A stretch of 61,477 bases of DNA, taken from positions 1 through 61,477 of the forward strand of contig JAVECL010000076.1 in NCBI GenBank assembly GCA_051942245.1. Reading direction: 5' to 3'. The stretch comes from Trypethelium eluteriae. Its lineage: Eukaryota. Every line of letters starts with the position of its first letter. Within the stretch, counting starts at the first letter, position 1. The position numbers and the translations under genes were made by a program. A model generated the notes under the pieces. The model did no database searches, was not told where the DNA came from, and was given only the letters and a program-made list of their open reading frames with translations. Positions 11,209 through 22,982 of this stretch are shown piece by piece.

Positions 11209-12726
11209 ATGGTCATGGAAACTCCCTCTCCAGAAGAAAATCATGTATCGCAGAAGTACGATAAAGTGCTCCAACAAATAGTCGATTATGTCTTCCACTA
11301 CAAAATCGATAACGAAAAAGCATGGAAACGGGCGAAACTAGCACTTCTCGATGCACTCGGATGTGCAGTAGCAACCGCAGCATCAAATGAGGACTGCAGG
11401 AAAATGATTGGTCCTGTCGTTGAAGGAACAACCGTCCCCAACGGAGCTCGAGTCCTAGGCTCCAATTTCGAGCTTGATCCTACCAAAGCAGCTTTCGATA
11501 ACGGGCTGCTAATTCGCTACCTCGACCACAATGACGCATTCATAGGGGCGGAGTGGGGTCATCCGTCAGACAATCTTGGGGCCATAATTTCAGTCATGGA
11601 CTGGCTCAGCCGCAAAGGCATCCCTCAAAGGCCGAGGCTTTCCGATTTGTCGTCAAAGACAGGGATAGAACCTTCAACAACGCCACCATACACGCTTCGC
11701 ATCCTGCTTACAGCGCAGATCAAGGCATACGAGATTCAGGGTTGTTTTCAGATCCGAAATTCTTTCAACAAAGTCGGTCTTGATCATGTTATCCTGGTCA
11801 AACTTGCGTCTACTGCGGTGGTCTCCTGGCTCATGGGCTTGGATTACGCCCAAACCCTAGCCGCAGTCTCACAAGTGTGGCAAGATGGGAACCCTCTCCG
11901 AACCTACCGCCAAGCACCTAATACAAGCCCCCGTAAAGGCTGGGCCGCGGGTGATGCCTGTATGCGTGCCGTTCACCTTGCCTTGCTCACTCGGGCCGGC
12001 CAGCCAGGGGCACCGTCCGTGCTGACTGCTCCAAAATGGGGATTCTACGCGACGACGTTCCGCGGAAGCGAATTCAGTTTACCCCAGCCTTTCGGCACCT
12101 GGGTGATTGAGAATGTCTATTTCAAAATCGTGGCCGCCGAGGCGCATGGTATCACAGCAATATACGCGGCGCTGCAGCTGTGTAGGATCTTTGCTGATTC
12201 CGGAATCAATCCGAGAAAGGACATTGCTCGGATCGATATTCGTACTCACTCTGCAGCGAAGACAATTATCGACAAATCCGGGCCGCTCAATAATTATGCC
12301 GATAGAGACCACTGTATGCAGTATCTTGTTGCGGTTGCTCTGCTCAAGGGCTCTATCATAACTCCTGAGGACTACAAGGATGATTCTCCGTGGGCTTCTG
12401 ATACTGACGTCAGCGAGCTATGCTCCAAAATAGTCCTGAGTGAAGATGAGTCCTTCACCCTTGAATATAACGACCCCAGCAAGCGCCAAATGACGAATGG
12501 CCTCACTGTAACTTTGAAAAATGGGAAAGTACTTGACGAGATCGTTGTACACCATATTGCCGGCCACCCATTGAGTGCGGAGACAGAGGCGGAAGTCATC
12601 TCTAAATTTAAAAGGCATATGAGTTCGATGTTTGAAGAGTTTCACGTTCGAGCTGCTCTTGAAGCAATTGAGGATGACGACATTGCTGTTCATGATCTTG
12701 TTGACCTGTTTGTCATGCGCAAGTGA
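11209..12726 (+). CDS. 2-methylcitrate dehydratase (MmgE/PrpD family), intronless
   Basis: Motifs ALLDALGCA, IRYLDHNDAFIGAEWGHPSDNLG, FNKVGLDHV, LRTYRQAPNTSPRKGWAAG, ADRDHCMQY. ATG at 11209; no presequence; divergent from the citrate synthase-like gene. Confidence 0.92.
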   Translation: MVMETPSPEENHVSQKYDKVLQQIVDYVFHYKIDNEKAWKRAKLALLDALGCAVATAASNEDCRKMIGPVVEGTTVPNGARVLGSNFELDPTKAAFDNGLLIRYLDHNDAFIGAEWGHPSDNLGAIISVMDWLSRKGIPQRPRLSDLSSKTGIEPSTTPPYTLRILLTAQIKAYEIQGCFQIRNSFNKVGLDHVILVKLASTAVVSWLMGLDYAQTLAAVSQVWQDGNPLRTYRQAPNTSPRKGWAAGDACMRAVHLALLTRAGQPGAPSVLTAPKWGFYATTFRGSEFSLPQPFGTWVIENVYFKIVAAEAHGITAIYAALQLCRIFADSGINPRKDIARIDIRTHSAAKTIIDKSGPLNNYADRDHCMQYLVAVALLKGSIITPEDYKDDSPWASDTDVSELCSKIVLSEDESFTLEYNDPSKRQMTNGLTVTLKNGKVLDEIVVHHIAGHPLSAETEAEVISKFKRHMSSMFEEFHVRAALEAIEDDDIAVHDLVDLFVMRK

Positions 12727-15244
12727 ACCCATTTGCGCCTGTCTGAATATTGAGCTGACAGTGAAACTGGAAGGCCTGCATCCCCGGCTCTGTAAGAGAA
12801 TGAAGGATTGACTGCCTCTGAATTAAGGAGAAGTCTCACCATTTCAGCCATTAGTAGCTCAGAGCACTCACTTATTCATGGCCTAGGAGCCTTTAAGATA
12901 TTGGCAAAGATTATTATCTGCCGATTATACAGAGTTTTTCTCTACCTGTCAAGCCTCAAGTAGCCAGATTCATTGAAACGCCTATCGAGCATGGACTACT
13001 TTTGTTCCTCGTCGGCCTACTTTGCCTAAGCGTTAGGTATATCCGCTAGATTGAGAAAAAACCATCCGACACTCGGACGAATTTGCTAGAGCCGTGAGTG
13101 TCTGCCGACTTTGAAGCACCCTGCAACTCATATTTGGCTAGTCACAAGTTTCTATCAGACCGAGTCAGTGGATGCTGCACAGATTCATCCTCTGCATTTC
13201 ATCTTCCATAATAAGCAAAAGGTCCTCTGTTCATCATCCGCCTCCAGCTGAAGGCATCCTGCAGAGGCAAACGAGGAAGACATGGGAATGTAAATCAGAA
13301 CGTGCATGCACCACAGCTAGGTTCCCCTAGCGAAATTTGCTTGCCATCATCAGATATAGCTCACGCAGAATCCCAGTGAAATATTTTGGCCCCCATTCAT
13401 ACCAGGATCGCACCTCATCTATCCATCGCACCTATTGATCGCATTAAGAATGATGGACTCACCAGCGATCCCTTACCTTCGTTTACCTTATGAAAATCTA
13501 CGAATCTTTTACCTTCCTGCAGGTGGGAATCAGCAAGTAAACGTGTACATACGGCTTAGTCCAAGTCATTCTTACAGTTTCGCGCTAGCGGTGGCAGCAA
13601 GAAGAAATGTCAGATGCTTTCAAAAACATCCAGTTCAAGATAGCGAGCCACAGTACTAGCCCAACAGCCTGGCTTGCGGAGACATTAGTTGATGCGCAGA
13701 GAAGCAATTCCGTTAGGTCTTCTCAAATCGTCTTTGTTCTTGCGAGATTACGCGACAGAGAGTGGCTTTATGTGGGAGAAGACGAAAGTTAGGTACAAAG
13801 GATGTCTTCCAGGCTAGTGACACTTTGTTCAAAGCGATCCCAGACTTGAGATGACGATCAGACCAGTTAAATAGAGACATGTTTTGCATTAAGCTTAGTG
13901 CTGGTTTGTCTTTGTCCTGTAGAGGAAATCTTTTTCCATCCGTGTTCATGGCGAGCTGTGAATAAAATCGAGCTTTATTGCTCTTCAGGGTCTCCTCCTT
14001 CATAATTGCTTTACGAAACATCTACCGAAGAAAAGAGTTTACCTTCTATTGCTATTGCGATTCCGAAAAGTCTATCTGACCCGAGTCGCGTACTTTATTG
14101 TGTAAGAATGCCCACCATTGCTTTCTTTGGCGTCACGTATCTATCCAAAAAGATTAACCTCAAGAATCGCGTGAACACTCAACTGCAGAAAAGCCGAATA
14201 TCCACGACAAAGCACTATGATGTCCTGCCAGAAGAGCCTGAAGTTCAGCAAGCTAAACCAGTTTACATGCTTCGACCGTTGAAAGGGGAAATTAAGACAG
14301 TTGAGATCAAGGGGTCAACAAAAAGGCCTCGGCGCCTCGCATAGTCCATGGAAATCTTATCAGGAGGGATTTTTATGTCGTTTGAACATTCATAAAGGCA
14401 TAAATTGGACAGTTGCCGATTTATAAGTTGTTTCAAAGAAACCGAGGATGGCTGATCGCTGTCTAAGGTCTCTGTTTTCCTAGAAATAACCAGCTGGGTA
14501 GCACAACTATTGCTAGAGTCAAATCAATTATGGCTTTCCACTACTTTCGTCCCTTTCACTTTTGCTATTACGAAGCCCAGGAAACCTAGATTTCAAGGCG
14601 TGCCACGTGCATGACATATTAGATACCCGTCTGCAAAGTTCCTTCATTTGAGGCTTTAATTAATCATGTAAACATGGAAACCATACTCAGTCTCTTTTCC
14701 AGTTTGTATTGCGTTTACTTCTCGGTCATTCAAGATACAACAATTGACACAAGAAAATTGGCTACAAACCTCAGCAAGACTTCTCTGGGTCGGTACAAAA
14801 TTCTAGGAAACTTCACGAAGATCAGGAGGCGTTTACCACTCTTCGACTCACTTATTGCCAACTGAATACATTGTCTTCAAAGGTCAATCTCCTGGTTTGG
14901 CAAGAGTAATGGCTATTATCATCAAGAATAGTGTGGATTGATGAATTGAGAGCAATCCTATCTCACGGCTTCTAGTTAGCTTCCTTCATGTTCATTGTCT
15001 CTTTTGCCCCAAACTTTCTTTGACTGATTTGCAAACCATATTGCTCAAACACAATCTCCTGTCTTCATACGCATATGTGATTGCCGATAAGATTTATCTA
15101 TATGTATATATATGCCGCCGTGAGTGTGCAATTGGAGATCGTCCAGACAGACTCTTGCGGAGAGTAATTCAGTACACGCAGGGTTTTCGTGAAGAAGTAC
15201 TTCTCATATTATCAATAATTCGAGGACACCTATTGACCACTAAC

Positions 15245-16546
15245 ATGATGTCTGCTCACAAGTATTTCCTGAAGGCTGAAAGATTTACGTCTCTCTGCCG
15301 CTTGGCACGAAGCCACCTGAGAAGTGCGAACATCGAAATCGGTGACCTTCAGAAGGCTATAGACACAATTCAAGCAACAATGCCCCAGACAGAGCTCGTC
15401 TGGTTCCGCAAGTCGACTGTCGATGATGAGCCTTCAATGCATGTGGAGAACGGAACCATCGGTATTTTGGAGCTTCTGATCCGCGAGCGCCAATACGAAG
15501 CACTTGTAGCAATAGCGGAAGCTATGAAGGAGGTTAGAAGCTTGGCTTTTGCAGAAATCTGGCCGCAGTACAGCCAATACTTCGACTTCACAGAGTCTCG
15601 GGGCGACCATAACGGGAAGAAGGTGCTGAGACCTTATACTATCCACGACATTGCCGTCCAAATGAGCTATCGCTATCATGACAATTCGAACTGGATGATG
15701 GAAGAGCCGGAAGCGAGAATGTTTGTTGCAGAGCATTGGGAAAGCCTTGACGCGACCTTGGAGCGTATGGAAGATGGCATCTTTGCGCTGATGGATCATC
15801 CTAGCTTCGATATAGAGGAGTGGGAAGTCTCCGATGTTGTTGACTCCGCTCTCTACAGGAGCGAGTTGAAGGGAAATGGAAACTCTCGGCATAACTCTGC
15901 TTACTCTGATTCAGCTTATAGCGCTTTCTTCGACTTGTTTGACACTGTGGGCGATTCGGGCAATTCCGCAACTTCTGACTTTCCACCATCTTCGTGGTCA
16001 ACACCTACACCCGCGCACATCCAAGCTTTCCCTGGTACTAGCGCGCCGTTTAGCCAAGGAGGGTCCTGGGCTTTCCAAGTCAGCGGAGCGATTCCGAACC
16101 CTGGTACTGAGTTAGCCGAGAGCAGAGAGACTCGGCAACAACGTAGGAGGAGAGATATGGACGAGCGGCTCAATTTCTTCCGTAGCCTCGCTGCAGACAA
16201 AATCCGTGACCTAGCCACAGGGCAGCAGATTTGTGCGAAGACGGAGGAGCCCGAGTTCTACGACTCCGAAGACTCCGACGAGTACAAACAGTACTACCCT
16301 GAGGAGGAAAAGAGTCCTGATATGGATGACATTGACATTGACGATGATTTTATTCTCTGGAAACCCCGATCTGTCAAGCGTTCCAGAAAAACTGTCAGTA
16401 ATCGGCAGTCTGATGCTTTGAATTCCCATGCAAGAGGAAATCCGAGAACACACAAGTCTCGCTATGTGCAGCTGGGGAAGAAGGTCAGCCCTTCCTATCT
16501 GGGAAAGAAGGCCAACCCTCACTATCTGCGTATCATTGGAAGGTAA
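15245..16546 (+). CDS. Hypothetical protein (~430 aa), no recognised family
   Basis: Long stop-free ORF (15020-16546, first ATG 15245) with protein-like composition: helical N-half, acidic/low-complexity and basic C-terminus. Confidence 0.6.
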   Translation: MMSAHKYFLKAERFTSLCRLARSHLRSANIEIGDLQKAIDTIQATMPQTELVWFRKSTVDDEPSMHVENGTIGILELLIRERQYEALVAIAEAMKEVRSLAFAEIWPQYSQYFDFTESRGDHNGKKVLRPYTIHDIAVQMSYRYHDNSNWMMEEPEARMFVAEHWESLDATLERMEDGIFALMDHPSFDIEEWEVSDVVDSALYRSELKGNGNSRHNSAYSDSAYSAFFDLFDTVGDSGNSATSDFPPSSWSTPTPAHIQAFPGTSAPFSQGGSWAFQVSGAIPNPGTELAESRETRQQRRRRDMDERLNFFRSLAADKIRDLATGQQICAKTEEPEFYDSEDSDEYKQYYPEEEKSPDMDDIDIDDDFILWKPRSVKRSRKTVSNRQSDALNSHARGNPRTHKSRYVQLGKKVSPSYLGKKANPHYLRIIGR

Positions 16547-17031
16547 ATCACTAAATCAGCGAGGTAGCTGTGATTTCTTTGGCTTTCCCTCACTCCTGGC
16601 TCTACGCCTCTGTTGTCTATTGATGTCTGCCATCTCCAAATGCCCTGATATGGTTCGGCGTCTTGTGACGGCATTAGCAATAGATGGAAACTATTGGAGA
16701 ATTTTTCCTTAGTCAAATTTTTACAAAATGTGAAGCTGGTATGATCTTGCACACGTACGTTTAGGTTCTGAAGTATGCTTCGCCGTATATCTAAATTCCA
16801 AGAGCTCGGACACTCGGATTGCTCTAGCGCCCATCAAACTCTCCTAGCCGCACAAGAGCATGCGTCCCTTAACACCTTGCTTATGCCCTCATGTCCCATG
16901 CGTATATGTCTTAGCGCGTAGAAGCGGTAGAGCATAAGCCCATACAAAGAGAAGAAATTATACAAGCGAACGTTGGGTATCCGAGAAAAAGTAAGCATCT
17001 CCAACTTCCACCCATTCACATACCCACCTCC

Positions 17032-20000
17032 TCACATCGCCCCCGCCGCCTGCCCATACATACTCCCCTGCCGACTCCACCCCGTACTCCCACTCCCACT
17101 CCCACTTCCCCCGCTCTCGCTCGGCGTCATCGGCGTGCCGGGCTCAAGCGCCATCTGCCGCCTCAGCCCCATAATCCACTCATCGCCCAACAGCTCCGGC
17201 GCAGTCGCCCGCTTCGCCGGATCGCGCTCAAAGCACTTCTTCAGAAACGCAATGCCCTCGGCGCTCAGCTGGTCGCGACTGGGCAGCTGCGGCGGATTCC
17301 CCTGCGCGATGTTGTACATGATGGCCCACTCGTTGTCCAGGGACGCCCAGGGCCGGCGGCCGGTCGCCATCTCGAGGATGACGCAGCCGAGGGACCAGAT
17401 GTCGACGGCGCCGTGGCGCGCGGTCGTCGTCTCGCCCTTGATGACTTCGGGCGACATGTACATGGGCGTGCCGGTCATGGATTTTTGCCGGCCTTGGTTG
17501 GAAGCGGCGTTTTCGCCGTGGGCGAGGGTCTTGCCTTGACGGGCGATGACTTTGGCGGCGCCGAAGTCGACGTATTTGATGACGCCGTTGTGGTCGAGGA
17601 GGATGTCTGGTGCAGGAACGGATGGTTAGAGTGATGGTTTGAGAGAAGACGGGGAGGAGGGGAAGGGTAGGACGACTTACTTTCCGGCTTGATGTCTCGA
17701 TGGACGACACCAGCCTCGTGTAAATATGCCAAGCCTTCGAGCATTTGCAAAGCGTAGACCATAATCACCGTCTCATCCTCGATGCGTCCATGTTCTAGTA
17801 GTCCCGCCAAGCTACCTCCGGAGCAGTACTCCATAAAGATGTAGACCTTGTCCCTATGCGGCTCAATGCCATGGTAGCTAACGATATTGGGATGATCTAG
17901 CACCTGCAGAACGCTCATCTCATCGCGGATCTGAGACACAATAGTAGGGATGAGTTGCGGATCCTGAAGTCGAATCTCCTTCACTGCCATCAAGTGTCCA
18001 GTATCGAGATTGAGACAAGCGTAGACAGAGCCGAAGGTGCCGCCACCAACGTATTGACCTTGCTGCCAGCGAACAGTGACATTGGTCGCGCTCGAAGACA
18101 GATAAGTCAATGCTCGATCAGCTTCATTGGAGTCTTCAAGTACGCGGCCGAGATGTTGACGCTCGGCTTCGCGTTCCCTGCGACGACGCTCAATCTCAGC
18201 AAGTTGGTCAACCCATTGCTCGCGTACGAGGCGCGATGATTCTTCGTCGTCTTTGAGTCGTGAAATGTCGAGCTGTTTGAATTTTCCGTGAAGCTGTTCG
18301 AGTCTTTGCTTTTCCATTTGCGCGGCCAGAGTGCTTCGCGCACCCATGATGTCGAAGTGGGAGATTAATAGGGACATGCACCCCGCAACCTTCTCCCGTA
18401 GATGATTGTATTCATTATCTCCGATGCTGAGGATGTTTTGACCCCTAGTCATCAACATCGCAAATTCTAATGCGATCACTGCCCATCGGAATGTCTTGCG
18501 ATCACTTGCAACACAGTCGTCGCAGATGAAGCTGACCCAGTCAAGAGCGAGGCGTGTAAGTCGCATGTTGTTCAGCGCACGGCGATTGTAATCCATGTAA
18601 AGTACGGAACGCTGTCCAAATTCTGTGGCGAAAGCAAAGCATGTCTGAATGAGTTCCTGACATTCAAGTCCTACGGTCTGCTTCCGGATCAAATCAACAC
18701 TGTCCATGATCGTATTTGAGAGCTTATATGCAGTCTTCTTGATACGCTGGAGCTCAGCATTGACCCTTGGGAGGTTAGCACGTTGTTCGATGAGAACAGA
18801 GAGGTGCATGTTTATAGACTGTTGGAAGGCAAGGTTGGCGTTGGCTAGACGTTGCTGCGACCCGTCTGCTACCAGACGGAGGCGGCCAGTCTTGATGTCA
18901 AGAGGGGCAAGACGTTTGCCTGTATTCATTTTTTTTCCGTCCCAAAAGATAGGTGACTCAGGTCTAAGCATAAGAACATAGGGATTGATGGGATCATCGG
19001 GACTGGCGTCAGTATGAAAACATGTTCCAAGTAGGGACTGCACGTCCTTTGGCCGATTTTCCAGAGTAGGAGATGCAATAATGTAAATGAGGGAAGCGTC
19101 GCTTGACGGCGTTTCGACAAGAATGTGGTTCGTGTAATTTAGCATTTGAATAAGTTCGGAAAGGTCTTCCTGAGGCATATTGATGTTGTACTCTGTACAG
19201 TTTTCGTAGCGCTGGGTGAGAATGCGAGTGAAACGGAAGAGTTTCCGTTGGCGCACGCGGACGGAGTCCAGGATTTGCTTGTAACGCTTGTCCATTTCGG
19301 CGCCAGCAATCTCCTCGGGACTGCGCTGAAGCTCCTTTTCAAAGTGACTGGTAAGTCGAAGAAGCGATTTCGAGGTCAAAGAGCTGAATTGTTCAGCGAC
19401 CTCTACATCTCCTCCCTCCATATGACTTGCAAGTTCATTCGAGAAGTGCCATTCCTGCTCCATGATCTCAGCCTCCTTGAATGTATTCTTGTTTCCAGAT
19501 AGTTTCCAATTCAGCATCTTGAAATAGAACTTGAGGGCATCCAATACGACGAAGTCAAAGTTATCATCAATGCACGGTGGTAAATCCCATCCCGGTTCTG
19601 GCTGGGATATTATGAGATAATCCTTCTTGATTCGTGCGGCAAGCTTTAGAAGTATTTGAAATTGGGGAATCATTTGCTCTGCCATCATCACACTTTGCTG
19701 AGCCGGATCCCGGATATTCTTGGCAAGGTCAAGTCTCATTTTGATGATTTCTTGAATGAGACGGGAAGGGAAGTTGATGAGAGTAAGAAGCTCGTCAAGA
19801 TAAGCTGGTAGATGTCTCTCCTCGAAGGCCGGAGCATTGCTGATGAGGGTGTCTTTTGCCTTCTTAATGACCATGTCAACGCCAACAAGCAGACTGTTCT
19901 CTCCTTGCAACGACTTCAATCCATCTTCTTTCAGGATCCGGTCAATGAAGGAAGATTCGTCTGTCAAGTGTCCCTCGGCCGCCGATAACCTCCGTGGCTT

Positions 20001-21359
20001 TGCAAAATCGAGCTCTTCGTTCCCAGCCCATGCCTGAAGCACCCCTAACTGCGTGTTGATCAAGAGTGTTGTGTTGTGCCACGCGATGATAGCTTGACAA
20101 CTTTCCGTATAAGCTTGACTTGCTGCTCTAGGCTGTGCTTCTTCGAATGCGGATCTTGTGGGATACAAGCTTTCACATTTTCCAATCTTTTGCACAATAT
20201 CCTGCACTTGCTCCACGGCAGCCTTTCCCACCTCGGCTTCGCCCTTGATCTCAAACGCAATGATAGATTCGATGACGGACTTTGCACGTGATCGTCCGTC
20301 TTCGATCATGCGTCGTTGGGCAGCGATTGTTCGCCCACAAACTTTCGCTCGAACGCCCATCCAAATTTCGGTCTGCATTGATTTGTCCCGATCTTGACCC
20401 GTCTTGCCTGTCAATCTCTGTTTTTCCTGCTTGACGACATCTCCAGTGAGAACGTTTGCTAGCATTGAATGCCATTCTAACCTTTCTCGATTTTCCGGTT
20501 TCTTAAGCTCCTCTAACGTTGGCTGCATGTCGTCGTTACCATAGTACAGCAACGTTTCTTGATCGTAGGCGTCCTCATTATAGTCTGCCGTGAGAGGTGA
20601 TTCGTCATCCGCCTCGGAGTCAGTCGTATGTCCTAAGCTAGGCGTTCCAGGTTCTATTGAGAAACCATTCATGTCTGGTGCATCCTGTCTTATACGTTCC
20701 ACGTATGCTCTTTCCTGTGCACGATAGTCTGCGTTTGGATTCCGTCGAATGCGATTCGTGGAGGAGGCGCGATTGCGTTGAGCAGTATTCAGGGGAAACT
20801 GAGATGGTCTTCTTGCGTTCTGAGGCGTATAGGTACTCGATGGTGTGCGCAGAGGACCACTAGGTCGCTGAGACTGGGAGAGCCAGCCGCCGTTCAGAGC
20901 ATTCGTCCCGACCTGAGCAGGCATTTCGTAATTGCCGTTCAATGTGCTACTCCCATCTCTTGATCGTTGACCTGCAGTCGTCCATCTATAGTCCTGGGAG
21001 TTCATCATGGGGGGTATATCATCCATTGGACTGGTGGACTGATCAGGCAAGTAGTTATCTTGCGAAGTATCGCCAGTTCCATTTGTAGTTCCATCGTAAG
21101 ACGGAGCCATCGGCTGCCCACCGTTGTCACTCTCCTCGGAACTGCTTTGAAGGCCCGAGGCAGAGCTATCGCCCTGGGAATCAGAGCGGTGCATTTCTGA
21201 CAGAGGGGTGGGGATGGGCACGGTGTCCGCAATGAAGGGTTGCCCAGATTTGTCGAAGCAAAGGAGGCCCGGCGAAGGGGAGGTGCCAGAGAGCTTCTCT
21301 CGGACGAGAGGTGGCGTTGATGGAAGGTGAAGGAGTTGAGATGATTGTTCGTCTGTCAT
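17032..21359 (-). CDS. SSK2: MAP kinase kinase kinase Ssk2/SskB/Wis4 (HOG pathway)
   Basis: Ssk2 N-terminal region (RERLEWHSMLANVLTGDVVKQEK, DRKTFRWAV) and kinase domain GGGTFGSVY, MAVKEIR, HRDIKPE|NILL, DFG, GTPMYMSPE; intron 17680-17607. Start codon uncertain (21359 or a later ATG near 21190). Confidence 0.95.
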
Positions 21360-22982
21360 GATGCTAAGCTTGACGGTCACGGTGGCTTCAACCCGCGAGG
21401 CGCCACAGATCGGTAACGCGCGACGGCTGATGTGTGGCGGTGACGACGGAACCTCCACCACTTAGGTATTGTACAAGTTGGAAAGCTCAAAAAATGACTG
21501 ACTCTCCATCCTGTTCATAGAGAGCACAGTGCAAGTACGGAGTAGTGCTGCCTCCTTCCAACTGTCGTGAAGTATTGCCAAAAACCTGCTTTGCGCGCGT
21601 CGCGAGATTGCACTATTACGGACCTCCCCTGCCACTTGAATAATCATGCGCCACAGTGCCAAAACAAGATCGCCTCAGATCGAAACTTGGCTCCATGATC
21701 GGAGCAGGCATCTCCTGCTTCAGGCACGTGATCAGGATCAAGCTCGCTTGAAGGTTCCCTTCTGCACAGTAAGGTACGTTGGTCGTTGACATAGCTACCT
21801 ATGTACTCCGCGTAGCTACGTACTCCGTGCAGTCCAATCATCTGTTCCTCCAGCGCTGCTTGAGTTTGCAGTCATGAATCTCACAGCTGCTCTAATACAT
21901 ACCTTGGATTCACGACCTATATATGGTCCCGCATTAATGCGCTAACGCGCTAACAGACGTGGCGACTTTCCTCTGAAAAGAAATGTCCGCTCGTCCTCCA
22001 GATCAACTCCTTGCCTTCGGCCCTGCATACACGAGACATGGCCTTCGCTCTCTTCAGGCCCAACCTTATAGGGTCCAGCTACGCCTTCTCAATTGAAGCA
22101 TCCGAAGTCTGGTTGGGCCAGCATGAGGGGAAGCCCGCGCCGGTAGAGGTTCCCAGCTAGTCAGAGTGCTTATCCTTCGCTCATGTCCATATGTAATTCA
22201 CCTTCGCCTAATCTCATCCCAATCGCCTAGCAAAGATACAACGTGTAAAGTGAAAGGCTCGCAAACTTTTCAAGTGAGGTACCCTACCTCAGTTTCTCGG
22301 CCCAAACTCCAAGCCGAGCGCCTGAACCTTGAAACACCAAAGTGCGCATCAAAAGGGCCAGCTGTTCTTTCAACATAGAGCGCCGAGCCCGTTTCCGCTC
22401 CGCCGGAACCTTCCTATCTCCAACATCTTCTCCATCAATGGGCAGGGGCTCCCGGTTTGAAGAAAGACATATGGTCTTCCCCAGAGCTCATTACAACGAG
22501 AGGTAGTAAGAGCCAGAGAACTGCAAGAGGCTTGTGTTCTTCGTAAACACATCCTCTTTCGGATTCCTCACTCGACTTATTTCAATTCAATCTTGAAATT
22601 ACAAGATCCTAGATTGAACGTTAAATGCTTAGCTTTCAAAGTCCCGGACCATCTGAGGGTGCATCTCCCCGAAGTCTTCCGCTCCTCCGTACTCATTTTC
22701 CCCTCTCGAAATCGACACTGCGGAAGCTTATTTGCCATGATGAAGCAGTTGTGGCAGCATTGGTGAACTGATGAAAGAGTTAGCTCCGTTCGGCAAAACT
22801 TGGTCACCATCAGGATGACTACAAGGGACTTGCCGGCGGGTGGCACATCAGAACTCTGTGGACTAACACCTCCCACGGTTTTCATTGATAAATATTGCCG
22901 CGGCATCAGCCATGGCTAAATCAACCTTCGGGCCTACCCGCCATTCCCATCTTTTGGACACCGATCTGCGTGAGTGTTGAAC

